In this document: one piece after another, positions 37,969-52,531 of the stretch | Layout of the letters: the number at the start of each line of letters is the position of its first letter | How positions within the stretch are numbered: position 1 is the stretch's first letter | From: Octopus vulgaris | Taxonomy: Eukaryota | Assembly: GCA_951406725.2 (NCBI GenBank) | Contig: OX597826.1 | Location: 56,730,001 to 56,794,000 of the forward strand | Direction of reading: 5' to 3' | Length of the DNA: 64,000 nt | Made by a program: the position numbers and the translations under genes | Notes under the pieces: model-generated | Database searches by the model: none | Told to the model about the DNA's origin: nothing | Seen by the model: the letters and a program-made list of their open reading frames with translations, nothing else

Positions 37969-40839
37969 TACAAATACACAGACACATACATACATACACA
38001 TATATACACAGATACATAAAAAGAGGCGAGTTAGGTCAAATTTCTGATATATTCTTGTAATGGAAAAAAATATATAATATATATTCCATGAAAAATTTAT
38101 CCAACCAAGTTTTGTCAATGCACCTCACCATGCATTCACAGACAAAGAGACTCCAAACTTACAGCAGGTGGGGTGGGGATGAGTGGGGTGGGGATGATGG
38201 CTGGGTGGAGTGAGTGAGGAATAAGTAAATAAGAAAGAAAACAAGACAAAGAAAATGTTGTGAATTTCCGAAAAGAAAAGTAGAGGTAACAATCCAACAA
38301 CAGCAACCATCCTGTAACCCTAACACCCGCTGCTGCGACCACCACCACTACCATCATCGCCATCATTATACACAACAAAATAAAAACACAAAGTCAAGTA
38401 GTTCCCAATTGAAATGAATATTAATTATAGCATCAGATGAAGGTGAGGGTAGAGAAGCGAGGATAACAGCAGAATAGGATAGTATACAGTGTAGTAATAG
38501 CATCAAATAGGGTAATGGTTAGGGTAGAATATGATGATAAATTTTGCTGCATCCCATAGTGACAGGTGGTATGGTAGGGTGTGGTACAAAATCCAACAGA
38601 CAGAAGTGCCAATGAATCATAGTGATAGCTATAAATATTTAATAAATGTCTCACCATTTCCCTAATACATCATTGTAAAGTGCCTTTGTCCACTATATAA
38701 CTCTGAAGGAAAAATAATGGTAAGCAATGCAATCGTGTGGCGGGTTATCTTCTTCTGAGCAGAGGATTCAGAATGCAAGTTCTTGACATCAAAACCATAC
38801 AAGAATAATGTGGTCGAAATAACCACATTTTTTTGTCCTGTTCTTAAATCATGGATGGTTTGCCTGGCCTTAGATTGCCAAGACTTTCTTCAATTCTATC
38901 AGAATTAAATCTGTATGACTTATTGCCTTAGGGTTTCGGTCATAGAAGGGATGTAGTAACTAACAAAAGTATCCCAAAATAAATCTAATGCTGTGAGTAA
39001 TGTACCATAACAATGATGATGATGATGACAATGATAGCAATGATAATAAAAAGGATTCCACATATAGGCATAAGACCACAACATTGTAATGGAGGGGTTG
39101 AGATATAGCTGGTTGAATTCTAGTATATTGCTGGTAATTATTTCACCAAATCTGGACTGGAAAGCAAAGTTGGTGCAACCTGGGCTCAAAATATAAAGTT
39201 AATTACTAGACATTTATTTGATCAGCACTTTACCATTTTTTCTGACTCCACTCTCCAAAGATTTTAGCTTAGAACTTCAATGAATATAAGAAAATAACAA
39301 TTTCTACCATCCAATCACATTATTTTCTTCATAATTACTGATAACAGCTTTGTTGCATTGGTTTGTTGAGATTAAGACCTCTCACTTATGACTACTTCAA
39401 ACCTCACCTTCTAAGCCTATAAAACCTAACCACAATTAAAGCAGGGTTTAGAGGATAATTAACAGAGGCTTTTGTTTAACCCTAAGCTGGCCTGATTCAG
39501 CAGTCCTATGATCAGACATTCAAGCCAGAATGATATTATATAATATCAGGAACTAAAATAGTGTGATGCCTACTGTAGAGTATAATTTAAGATGGATTTG
39601 GCTGCTATGTTTATCAGGGCAAGAGATCACACAGTGCAGTAAAGCAGAGTTTTCAATCTAACTCTGAATTAAGAAAAGTAAATTATAAATCTGATCCAAT
39701 TAAATGCAAAGACTACATTTTTGCTTTTGATCCATGAAATAAAGTATCAGTTATGTACTGGGATCAAGATAAAAGCAATTGCTCCTGCTGTCCAACCATC
39801 TACCAAATTTTTGACCTTGTACCTAAGTTAGAAATCATCATCAGCAACGTCATTGCTAGCAACATTATTTATTTATTTGGTTGTATTTTTCTTACATTTC
39901 TCTTCTTGTTTTACTTTTGTTTTACTAGGTCAATATTTTTAACGATGAACTCAATTAAACGAAAGGTTGCCTATTGAACTACTATGAACAAACAGGGATG
40001 TGTTGTTAGACAGAAAGATTATTGAGTATTGAGGATCACTGAGACATAGAGACAAACAGAAAAAAAAAAATTTTAATTCTATTCAAAAGGCCAACAACAA
40101 CTACTCAGGATAATTACCAGAAAATGAAATATTTATGAATGAATGAACAACTACAAAACCAAAAACAAAAATTTGAAAATAAAAAACAAAAACAAAAATA
40201 TAAAATCAATATCAATATTAAGAAGAGAGTGACAGAGTGCAAATTAAGTGAGTGAAAGGTTGCAGGTTCAATTTCAAGCCCTTACAAATAAAGAATCAGT
40301 ATGATTTAGTGATGTAAAGTTCGGCAGGCACAAGTCAATGCAAACCTTCAGGAATCTTCAAAAGAATGCCCAACCTCCTTCCAGCACCTCATTCAGGGTT
40401 GGGGAGGCTAAATATCTAGACTTGCACAAACCCTAATCAACTGTACCCACCAGGTCAAACCGTTATCGGCAGACCACACCACCCACCTCTCCCTCTACTG
40501 AACTACTATCAGTAATCTTAAAATAAGGTCAGTGTCAGGAGGAGAAAACAATCTGTCTGGCTGCCTGCTACCCCACCCTTTCAATCACACCCCCACCACC
40601 TCCATCCTTAACCTTGACTGTCTATCTTTGCTCTCTCTCCTCTCTCTCTCACTCACTCTCTCTCTCTCTCTCTCTTGCTGTCTGTCTATCTATATATCAA
40701 GCATAAACAGCAGTGTAAACTGACATGACCATCACTAAGAAATCACAAAATCAAGACATTATAGGAGAAGGAACACAGTGTGGTTAGAAAGACAAGAAGA
40801 GAATGACAAAGAGATAAACCAACCAACAAACAAATAAAC

Positions 40840-40883
<44 letters not shown>

Positions 40884-43437
40884 ATTAATAATAATAAAGG
40901 GAAACAGAAAAGCTATCTTTTCCCTTGTATCCACATCCGGGGAAGACAAAACAAGAAAAAAGGGGGGGAAACTCTGGACCATGAAATACCTCCAGAGCAG
41001 AGAGGAAAGCAAGATGATATGGACTGGATGATTTTCAAAGACAGCAGATAAGAATGGCTCTGGCATTGAGCAAGTGCTATAGACAGATATTGCTGATATA
41101 AAGGGAGAAAGAGAGAGAGTGAGAAAAAGAGAGAGAGAGTGTGTAGGGGGTGGGGGGAGGGGGAAGCAAGGGCAAAGGTTTTTTCCACCCAACTCTCTTC
41201 TATATTCAAGCCTGATTTAGAGGTGTCATGTGCAGGTTTGATGCATCAATGCATCATCTATCTCTCTAACTGATGGAATGGGTAGCTGGTTGGCTGGGTA
41301 GTTGATGTAGAAGTGTTTGTGCTTCCATTTATCACAGAACTTCTAGATTATTGTTACAGAACACTATACATACACACACACATATATATATATATTATAT
41401 GATGATGACATATATATGTATATATAATTCACAAACAATGGTTGGAACAATAGAAAAATCTATACACACATACACATACACACACAAACAAACACATAGA
41501 GAGAAAAAAGAGCACACAGAAAAGGAATTTACACAGACATATGGACAAGCACAGATGCAATACATGTACTTGGAATGGTCAATTTATTTCAATTATCTTT
41601 TCAACCAGAACTTTCATGCAACACTTGTTGCTCATTTTCACTTGAAAATTACAAAAAAAAAATATGAAAAGAATATGAAAATAAAAGCTAAATGAAATGC
41701 CATCCTTGTAACTTCTGACAGAAAGAGTTTTACACAAAAACAAGTCATTCCAATATATGAACAAGCATGATGATGACAATGACGACAATGATGATGGTGA
41801 TGATGATGATGATGATAATAATAATAATGATAATAATAAATTAATTATTGGCTAAATGTTGTTATATAAAATAATAGAGAAAAAAAGAAAGACATTTTTA
41901 AAATTCTTTTGGAGAAAGATTATTTTGAAAAATTAAGCTAAATTTGAAATGAATGTAGGGGATTGGAGAGACGAAATAAGAATTACATTTTGATTCAAGT
42001 TCTTTGATAAGAACGGCAACAACAAGAACAAGAACAAGAAACTGATAAAGAAGGAAAGAAAAGAAGAAAACGAGAGGAGAGAGAGAGAGAGAGAGGAGGT
42101 AAGAAAGGTGAAGTGAATGAAGCAGTTTGGGAAAATGTGTAGTGGTTAAGTAGATATTTACTGCAAAGAACACAGAGAATGCAAAAAAGCGTAATTAATC
42201 CACAACATGGGAAGAAAAGGAAAAGGCAGTCCGTTATCATTATCATCATCCTCATCACCAATAATTTCATTATCACGATCATCATCCAGCTCAAAGAAAG
42301 AACAACAATAACAAAGTGAATGAAGATTGGGAGATGCTGTGTGGATGGCGATGGTGGTGGTGGTGGAGGGATCATTTATCTTGGACTGAAATCTTGTCAG
42401 TGAAACAATCAAAGACAAAGTAAAAGCAAAAAAGGTAGCATTGAAAATATAAAAACAAATGCAAGAGGAGGAGGAGGCGGAGAATGGCTTGACCAAAGTA
42501 GAAGAAAATGGAGAGAGAGAAAAAGAAAGAGAGAGAAGAGAGAAAGAGAGGGAAGGAGGAGAGAGAAAAAGAAACCAAGTAAAATAAGAAAAAAGAAAAG
42601 CAGGAACCATTTTATCTTAGAAGCTCTCTAAATTATTGGAGCAATAAATCTTTGGTATGACTAATTTAAATCAATTTTTAAAAACCCTAAATTTGATTTA
42701 TTACAAATTTTGGAGCACCCCCACCCCCCGCCTCTACTCATTTCCCTGTCGAACATTTAAAATAATCTAACCAAGAAAATACAGGAATCACAAGAAAGTT
42801 TGTTGCTGCATATGATTTACACATGCATTTTTAAGTTAGCAAAGATCACAGAACGTAATTTATTTAGCCCTCTACTTTGTAGTAGTTATTATTTATGTTG
42901 TTGATGTTGTTGTCGTAGATGCTGTAATTGTAGATGTTATTGCTGCCGAAAAACAAAATCAAAAACAAAAAAAAATAATGTAATTAAAAAACAAAAAAAA
43001 AATATAATAAAATAAAGCTGAAATTTTTTTAGAAAATTACCTTTTTTATCACTTTTCAAGGGATAGATTAAATGGAATTTTTAAAAGTTGTTATTGTTAT
43101 TAATATTATAAATTTAATTTTTTCTTTGTTTTATTTCATTTTATTTTAATTTTAATTTTATTTATTTATTTTTTTTTTTAACAGAGGGGTTATAAGCTGA
43201 GTTGCAGTCTTGAAACAAAAATGCACAGCAATATATTTTTTTTCTTTTCTTTTTTTTTTTGTTTTTATAAATTAATCCACGAGATGGATTTTACAGCTAG
43301 CTATTTCTTTTGTCAAATTTCTTTGTCACTTTATTTATTGGGTTAATTGTAAGGAATATTAATTTAGCAGCAGAAATTCATAAAACTCTAAAAATTACTT
43401 GCACGAGTGTATATGTGTGAGAAAGTATAGATAGATA

Positions 43438-43486
<49 letters not shown>

Positions 43487-43967
43487 GTGTGTGTGTGTTC
43501 AATGCATTCTTTTGATTGTAAATGTTTTATCATACATAAATATATTTAGCACTTCCCCGTAAGCACCACCACCACCACCACCACAAAATTAAATCTACTC
43601 ACAATGAAGGAAAATCTTGTGTGCATGTATCATATGTGTTTCAACATGAGTGTAAGCATACATATTATATGTGTGTGTGTGTGTGTGTCTTACATGTTTG
43701 TATGCAAGTGCATGTATGTGAAACAACTGAACATAAGTTTGTGCAATCATAAGAATAAGACGATGTAATACACTACAGATGAAAATTGATGTGTGAGTGT
43801 GCATACATACATATGTGTGTGTGTGCATTCTTGCGTCTGTGTTCATATATATATATTCCTTTACTTTTCTTGTTTCAATCACTGGATATGAGAAATTCTC
43901 AGTAGCAACTCCTACAGATTTAGCTTTAATTAATGACAAAACTACACACACACACAAACTAAAAGCA

Positions 43968-44220
43968 ATGTCTGCATTATCCAGCATGGGTTGGACGATT
44001 CAACTGGGGTCTGGGAAGCCAGAAGGCTGCACCAGGCCCAGTCTGATCTGGCAATGTTTCTATGGCTGGATGCCCTTCCTAACGCCAACCACTCCATGAG
44101 TGTAGTGGGTGCTTTTTATGTGTCACTGGCACAGGTGCCAGACAACGCTGGCAAACGGCCACAATTGGATGGTGCTTTTTACGTTCTACCGGTACGGAGG
44201 CCAGTAAGGGCGGTGCTAAC
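43968..44220 (-). mobile_element. SINE family C
   Basis: Matches 27628-27778 and extends further 5'; internal repeat ggtgctttttaygt occurs twice. Confidence 0.85.
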
Positions 44221-44464
44221 AGCTGTTTTTCAGTCCAACAATAATAGTATAGTTTGGTTAGATGTATTTGATAGATGTCCTTATGATGGCTTGCATCTTC
44301 TGTTGTATACCAAAAATACAGACTGTTACTTGTGACTGATATATTGCATCTTTCACTACCTTGCTTAATCACATACATGTATCAGGTTGTATGTATGTGA
44401 GTGTGTGTGTGTATGTGTGTGTGTATATATACATATTACATATATTATAAACACACTGCACACA

Positions 44465-44556
44465 GAGGAAGGGCATCTGGCTGTAGAAAATTTGCCTCAA
44501 CATATTTTCTCCAACCCATGTTAGCAGAGAATAGTGGACAGTAAATGATGATGATA
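44465..44556 (+). mobile_element. SINE family C relative, 3' fragment
   Basis: aggaagggcatctggctgtagaaa ... ccaacccatgttagca ... aaatgatgatgat. Confidence 0.65.
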
Positions 44557-45072
44557 TCCCAAACAGATAGATATGCATGGATAAACACACTCGTATCAAC
44601 ATACACAAATACAGCAGTCCATCAATAAATAATACCATTACAGTTATTAATATGGTTATACATCACCACTAGCATTATACATACTAACACAGTGTGATAA
44701 ATCTATCATCAGACATCGACTCCCATAAATTTAATTCACCCAGTTACCAATACCCTACCAATCTCAGTATATGATAATAAAAAGAAAAACCTATAGACAT
44801 TAATATTTCTCAGACAAAACAACGGTGAAAGCAACAACCAAAACAAATATAATAAAAAAAGTATCAACGTTAATTAACATCATCTGACATTATTTTCTTG
44901 GCATTTGTTTAGTTTAATTTAGCTAATTATTTTGTTTATTGTTTTTATATACATCACTGCCCCACCACCACCACCACTATCGTGATTTCATTTATTTTGC
45001 TATATTTTCAAAAATGTCAGAATTTTACAAAAAAAAAAAGGAGAAATAAAGTCAAATATATAATATATATTC

Positions 45073-45245
45073 ATGTAGACATGGTTGTGTGACTAAGAGA
45101 TTTGCTTCACAACCACATGGTACTGGGTTCAATCCTCTCCTAGGAGTGAAATACCTTGGCTAAGTATCTTCTAAGATAGTCTCAAGATGACAATTACTTT
45201 GTGAGTAGAATGTGGTGGATGGAAACTCTTCAAAAGTCTGCTGTT

Positions 45246-45292
<47 letters not shown>

Positions 45293-45528
45293 ACTCATCT
45301 GTCCGTGTTTTATGCTGACACCAGTAATATATGTGTATGTGGTATCACTTTATGCCAAATAACTTAGCAGTTCAACAAACAGATAATACTATAATACTAA
45401 AATTAAGTAAGTACTGGACTGAAATAAAGAAGAGGGGATGGGACTTATTATAAGATTTACTAAAACCTTGCAAGTAATTCCCCAGCACGGCTATAGTCCA
45501 ATGATTGAAACCAGTGAGAGAACAAAAG
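45073..45528 (+). mobile_element. SINE family B, full length, old
   Basis: Head tggttgtgtg ... gggttcaatcc, internal (TG)n, 3' end cagcacggctatagtccaatgattgaaacc; colinear with 53597-53995. Confidence 0.75.
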
Positions 45529-45759
45529 TAAATTTATTAGGACTTTTTAGAAAATGCATAACATTACCAACCGCGAAGTCAACCACTCTGCCCTTGCTAC
45601 ACCTCACCATAAAAATTCTACAAAATGTGTGTACATAACACTCCACATGCATACACATACTAACACAAACACATGCAATATTTCTAATAACAGACAAGAT
45701 AAACAAAAGACGCAAGTGTACATACAAGCATAATAAACAAGATAAACACTGATGCATTT

Positions 45760-45885
45760 ACACACACATACATACACACACACACACACACATACATACA
45801 GATATATATATACATATGCACACATATACATACACACATATACATGCATACACTCGCATATATACATACACATATATACATACAT

Positions 45886-45916
<31 letters not shown>

Positions 45917-46123
45917 CACATATATACATACACACACATATATACATACACACACTCATATACATAAACACACACATATATACATACACACACATATATA
46001 CATACACACACATATATATACATACATACACATATATACATACACACTCATACACACACATATATACATACACACACATACACACATATACAGACACACA
46101 CATACATATACACACACACACAC
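45760..46123. repeat. Compound (CA)n/(TA)n array
   Basis: Read directly. Confidence 0.95.
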
Positions 46124-46190
46124 AGATGTATAAAGAGAAACTTGTTTCACAATGGAAATAGAAAGCAGGTGTGTACGTGTATACATGTGT

Positions 46191-46228
<38 letters not shown>

Positions 46229-46796
46229 ATGTAACCCACCCTCACCCCCCACCTTTCTTAAGTGTTGAAATGTGGTGGCAATACAGGTGCAGATGGAGGT
46301 CTGGGGGCAGGTGGGTGTACCGACTATGCCTGCCAACAGTCAATCAGATTTCAACTATGCAGGTAATGCAGAACTAGCGTGGTTGAAATGGCAGCACTAC
46401 AACAACAATGACGACGACAACAACAACAACAACAGTAAACATCAGAAATGGCTGATGCTGTAACCCCACCCCCCCCACCCATCAGATGTAGGAAGAACAC
46501 ACACATACAGCTGTGAAGATAATCAGTAGGGAGAGCCGTGCAAGGGTAGGTGTGATTTTGAGGGGAGGGCGAGTGGAAGTGCCGTTCCGGCAGGGTGGAT
46601 GGATTTCTCACTCTCCCACTCATTCTCTTTCTGTCTGTCTGTCTATCTGTCTATCTCTCTCTCTGTAAACTAAAAAGAAAGGGAGGTGGGAGAGAATCAG
46701 TTGGATGGCTTATCTAAACAGTACAGGGTTTCTTAGCTGTGATGATATGGTATCAAAAACATCTAGAGTCACTCTGTTGAGAGTAGAGTACATTAA

Positions 46797-46837
<41 letters not shown>

Positions 46838-47494
46838 GAGAAGGTATAAAATGCTCTATTACTTAAAGAAAAGGGAGAGCAAGAAGGAATGAGAAATGAA
46901 TATATGTGTGTGTTTATGTGAAAGAAGGGGAAAGAGAAGAGAGAAAGGACGCAGAGAGAAGAAAAGAGAGATAGGGAGAATTAGAAGGTATAGGTATGGA
47001 AAATCAGAGGAAAGGTAGGAAGCATGAAGGAATTAACGAAGGCAGAAAGAAGCTGAAAAGGTGGGAAGAGTTTAAAGAAGATGGGCCGGTAAAAAACACT
47101 AAAGCGAAATTGCTTTACCTTAGTAAAACAACAGAACTGGTAAAAGAAAGGGGACAGCCGGTAAAAGCTGTGAAAAGACGAGGACGGAGTAAAAGAAAGG
47201 AAGAAGAAAGAAAGATATGTAAAAAGGGAGGTAGCAAGAGAATGCAGAAAGATGTGGAATAATCAGTTTGGCAAGGTATGTTTCAAAGAAGGGTCTTCAC
47301 TGGAGAAAGACTAAACAACAGCAGCAAAGCAAAAGGTTTCTGCTGTTTATTAACAATGTTGATCTTGTTAGTATTTCTGTTCTTTTCTCATGTGTGGTGG
47401 TGTTTATCATTGCTTTTGTAATGGTTGTGTTTGTTGTTACTATCATTATGATAATCATTATTGCTGTTGTTGTTTCATAATGATCAAGCTATTG

Positions 47495-47670
47495 TTATGG
47501 CGATCCCTGTACTCTTTCGCCACAACTTTCTCTCACTCTTTCTTCTGTTGGCCTGCTCGCTTAGCCAGCGGGGTGGCGTCATTTGAAGGCTAAAACAATG
47601 CGAAGCGCATTGTGACCAGCGATGTGTAGCAACATCTGATAACATGGTCGGTCATGGTGATCACAGTGAT
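47495..47670 (+). mobile_element. GC- and CpG-rich interspersed repeat 3' end (unclassified)
   Basis: Sharp compositional island ending in a tandem-like tail catggtgatcacagtgat next to (TA)n; family recognised only from recall. Confidence 0.4.
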
Positions 47671-48049
47671 ATATATATATTTATATATGGAGGGGAAGGG
47701 ATCAAGTTGAAAGCAACCATTGGCAATTTGTATTTAAAAACAGAGGTAGGAAGCAAAGTGATAGGACTCTGGAGGGGTAACAGAATGGAGCAAAAAATTA
47801 GTTTTGGAAAGATTAGGAAAAGAGGAAGAGAGACACTGGAAAGTGAGAGACAGAAATGGATGGGAAATAAGTAGAAAAATACAGCATTGGAAAACAAAGC
47901 AAAGAAAAGTGAAAGTAGAAAAAACAAAAGAGACAAGGTGGATTTTGAGTGGGGTGTGGCAAGGAGATGCAAGCTGTCAATGTTGTTTTTGAACAAGGGA
48001 AAACATTCATGATGTCAAGGACAGGTGACTGCATCTGGTGAATGGGGGG

Positions 48050-48080
<31 letters not shown>

Positions 48081-48198
48081 GGGGAGATAACCCTTTCTTC
48101 TGTCTATCCCTGCCAATATCAGGGTCAGATGAGAAAATGCATACAAGAAACACATTCTTGACAGATCTTGCAGCAGCAGTAACAACAACAACAACAAC

Positions 48199-48231
<33 letters not shown>

Positions 48232-48363
48232 CATCATACTTATTATGGCAATAGCATAAACAGCAAAAATGACAATAGCTACTACCGCAAACGCAATAAC
48301 AGAACCACCAGTGCAAACGGTAACCATCGACATGAATGCAACGCCAGTAACAAACTCTAGCAT

Positions 48364-48403
<40 letters not shown>

Positions 48404-49036
48404 ACAACAACTACAACTACTAGTAGCAGCAGTAGCACCACCACAACTTCCGCAATAACAGCAAGAAGAATGACAGTAACAAAAAATCCAAGAGATTATT
48501 CATTCTTTAGTGCTGAGATAGCTGTAAAGAAATTGTTGGTAAAACAAGAAATGAAAACAGGAAAGGTTGTCCCTTCCACCCTCATCCCAAACATTCTGTC
48601 AAAACAGCAGCAACTGCGCAAAATATGTTCTGGGGAAGAGATGACACGTAGGCTACAGTTATAAAGATGGAGTAGGTGTGACGTTAACAATAATATACAA
48701 AGTGGAAGGGGTGACAGCAATTAACAACAACAACAACAATAATAATAATAATATAGAAAAAGAATATTTTAAGTAGTTAACAAATGAAGCCATCTGACCA
48801 GAAAAGTTAATAATTCATAACATTAGCACAAGGCTACACATTTTTTCTTTTTGAGGTGATGGTGGGTAAGAGTTGCGGCAGATGGTAGTCAAATGACTCC
48901 ACTCTAGTGTTGAGTTCTATCTTTGAGGGTATAATTCTGATTTTGAGCAAGTATCTGTTGCCATGGCTCCAGGGTGACTCAACTATTGTCACTGAAACTG
49001 AATCTACACAAACTGTGCAAGTCTGCCAGATGGATT

Positions 49037-49422
49037 GTTAAGTTAAAGTTAAGTTAAGTTAAGTTAATTTTTTAGCTCAAAAAGCAAAAAGCAAGGCCAT
49101 GTAGGGGGACATGGAGTTATGTACAGGGAGGGTGTCCATGCAAAGAGTTCAGGCCATTTCTGGTCAAGAGAGACTTTGAACCGAGTGGTCGTTGGCATCT
49201 TCACTATCTCGTCCGGCAACTTATTCCCACGGATCCGCAACCTGGATGGAGAAAGCCCCTCTCCTTCGATTGAAATGAAATCGTTGCAGATAGAGCTTTT
49301 CGGAGTGACCCCACAGCCGACGCTCTAGAGCAGGAGTGAAGAACAGCTCTTTCGAGAGGTTACACTTTCCGCTTATGATGTTGTGAGCAAGAATGAGATC
49401 ACCATGGCGTCGTCGTTTTTCT
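49037..49422 (-). mobile_element. CR1-type LINE 3' remnant, second copy, (TTAAC)n tail
   Basis: ORF 49221-49562(-) contains EKRRRHGDLILAHNIISGKCNLSKELFFTPALERRLWGHSEKLYLQRFHFNRRRGAFSIQVADPW; colinear with 2623-2978. Confidence 0.88.
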
Positions 49423-49567
49423 ATAATTGTATAATTTGATGAGGTTCTACACAGTTTCTGTCCACTCAAAGGGCCCAGCTTTGTCATACATAGCATTCTG
49501 GCTAAGTACTGCATTAATGATACAGATGTGGAATACCAAATCACTTGTATACTAATGCGCACCTACC

Positions 49568-49752
49568 ATTTGACAACCAGTGTTGGTTAGTTTATCTCTC
49601 CATAATTAGACAGTTTGGTAAAAGACACTGACTGATTAAGTAGCAGATTTTAAAACATAAGTACTGGGGTCAATTTGGTCAACTAGTCTCTATAAGGCTG
49701 TGCTCCAGCTTGACCACAACCCAAAGAATGAAACAAGTAAAAGATGAAAGAA
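49568..49752 (+). mobile_element. SINE family B 3' half, decayed
   Basis: ttgacaaccagtgttgg ... aagtactggggtcaatttg ... gctccagc ... gaaacaagtaaaaga matches 53813-53980. Confidence 0.7.
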
Positions 49753-52492
49753 GAAATAAAGTTATGTGTATTATAAACCTAGTGATATATAAATTATGAA
49801 AGAAATTCTTGAAAGAATCTATTAATTAAATGGATTCTGTTTTTGTTTTAAAAAAAAACAATGATTTGTAGATGGAAGCAAACTTAACCATGACTGTATT
49901 GTTGATGTTGTTAGACCCTACCCAGACCAGCCTATTTTTTAAAGGTCTCCACACACAAAAGGAGTTCTAAAGTTAATGAAAACTTTGATGTTGCTTAGTT
50001 TGATGAGAGAAGAAATTATAACCATTCAAATTTAATTCAACTACTAATTGATAATGAGATTTATTAATGGTGATGTAGAGAAAAAAATAGATGTGTTGAT
50101 ATTAATGTCTTTTTTCAGTGATATACTTGCTTTAAACAAAACTGATTCTAAGGAGGAATTGAAACCAGATTGCCAATCTGACTACCTTTAAAGAAGAAAT
50201 AGGCCACTTGTAACTTCTCAGTATTCATTGCTGTGTTAATTAGCAATATGTACCCAGGGGTTCATTTTAGCTTTGCTTTTTTTTTTTACAGCAATATGAA
50301 ATACACAGGTTACAATTTGAGTTTGCCATATTGAGTGTGCCTGTTTATATATGTATATATATGAACTATGTATATTAGAACAGTTTCAGAATTGTGATAA
50401 AGAATGGTAACGGAAAACTCAGAATGGAGATGGAGTGAAGCTATACCTTCAAATAAATTAATATATAATAACATCTATTATGACTGGTAGACATACAAAT
50501 TTCAGATTGCTAAGCTGAAAGATTGACACACACACACACACATACACACACAGTTAAATAGGATATTACCTGCCAGGCTATAAGCAAAAGAATAAAAGAA
50601 TAAATAAATATATAAACGCATAAGTAACTATAATCAAAGAACTAATTTCCCTTCGACATCAATCGGTTGTTATGAAAACCATAAGCCAGTAGAAGTTTTG
50701 TTTTTAATTCATTAGTGACAAACTACATCCCTTTTTCTCCACTTTTCCACCCACATGCTGGGAAAGGAATGAGAGCAGGGAGAAGGGTCTTTTCTTTCCT
50801 TTTTCTTTTCTTCTATAACCTTCAGGAGTTTTGATGACAAATTTCACTAAAATAACATGCCACAAAGGTGGGGCAAAAATACCATTCTTAGCAATATGCA
50901 ACCTACACATTATTATTATTATTATGTAAGTGCTAGCCAAGTTCTAAAAGGAAACAACAGCAACAATGAAAAAGACAATTGTTAATACAGCTGATTATAC
51001 TTCACAGTAAAGAAAGAAAGAGAAAAAAGAATAATAATAATAAATAAAAAAACTCTTAAGAACCTCCCAGTTAAAAACCAAAAGAAAACAAAACTCCTTG
51101 GGATTCTAAACATTCAGGTTTCTCTTTTAGAATGATAGCCTTTTTACCAGCAGGCTATTGTTAGTGGTATTGATATACTTCCACCAGCTGTGTTTGATGT
51201 GTGTGTGTGCATGCATGCATGTGTGTGTGTGTGTGTGTTCCTGCATATACATTTATTATGTACATACTACTGGCAGTAGAAGTACTAATACAGGTAGGAA
51301 CTAAACTAAACTACTTCAAATAAAAGCCACAAGCCACAAATTGGTTTTCACCTCTGTCACGAACAGAACAAAGTCTTCCATTCTCTTTCACCCACCCAGA
51401 CTCCTCTGTCCAACGCACGTGTGATTTACATAGTCAGATTGGTGTGCGTGTGTGTGTGTGTGTGTAAATAAGTGAAGGAAGCATAGCTCAGAAATATCCA
51501 CGCATCAGAAGCAACTGTCTGATGTTGTGTGGTCCTAGTTCAATATTGAGTGAACAGACTGTTGGCTCACATAAATAAGCTGGCAAAAAAAGATAGGTGT
51601 GATGCACAGATCCATTTCTCCAGATATGTTTATAGCTCAGCCTAGTTAAGAACAATGCACCTTCTTCATGCAGTGACAAAGTGCATGTGATTCTGTATTT
51701 CAATTTGCACATGCTGCTACTCTCAGTAACTCTTTTGATAACTACCCTCATTACTACCTACAGCAAAGCATAACAGAAGCAACAAGAGTGGCAGTTCTTA
51801 ACCCTGCACCATGCTAAAAGAGCAGACTAAAGGCCATCAGACGTCAAAACCAAATTTGAAAATAGTAGAGTTTAAACTAACATCACGATATTGGAATGGC
51901 ATCAGCTCCTCTATATTTGTTGATAAGGGATATCGTCATCATCTCCTCTGAATCAACCCATGATATTTGCATTTCACTGCCCCCTTTCACTAGTACATCT
52001 TATCCACTAGACGTAGTGGGTAAGATATTTTTATTCTCCAGAAACGTATCAAACCTTCTCCAATAGAAACGTGTTTCTAAGCATCAAATTGAATCGTAGA
52101 CTTTAACCTCATTTCCTAATTAAAAAGCATCTACAAAATATAATAGACAATACACATCATCTTTGTATGGGATTAATTCGTGTTCTCGATGGCGTGTTGT
52201 GTAATTATATTTCCAGACTAACTGCCAGATGTACACCACAAGATGAAAAGCTCCAGATTTCTTCGTGTATGAATTATCTAAGAAAGCCAACATGATTGCA
52301 AGTGCACGGAAATTAAATGAGATCCAACAAAGTTGAAATCACGATTCTTCAGTTATTGAACTTATATATTCTTTTATGGGTGGGGCGATATCCTGAAAAT
52401 TATTTCAGAAGAAGAGTGCATCTATTAAGTTTGATAGAATTAATACTCAAGAATCTATGAAGTGTTAAATAAAAATAGTACACACACACACA

Positions 52493-52531
<39 letters not shown>

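Noticed and set aside
46996-47262. 88-aa Lys/Glu/Arg-rich ATG ORF
   Set aside because: Product of a purine-rich low-complexity tract
48269-48664. 131-aa Thr/Asp/Ser-rich mucin-like ORF (similar case at 20253-20501)
   Set aside because: Built from degenerate triplet repeats (GAT, ACA, AGT); no signal peptide, domain or splice support
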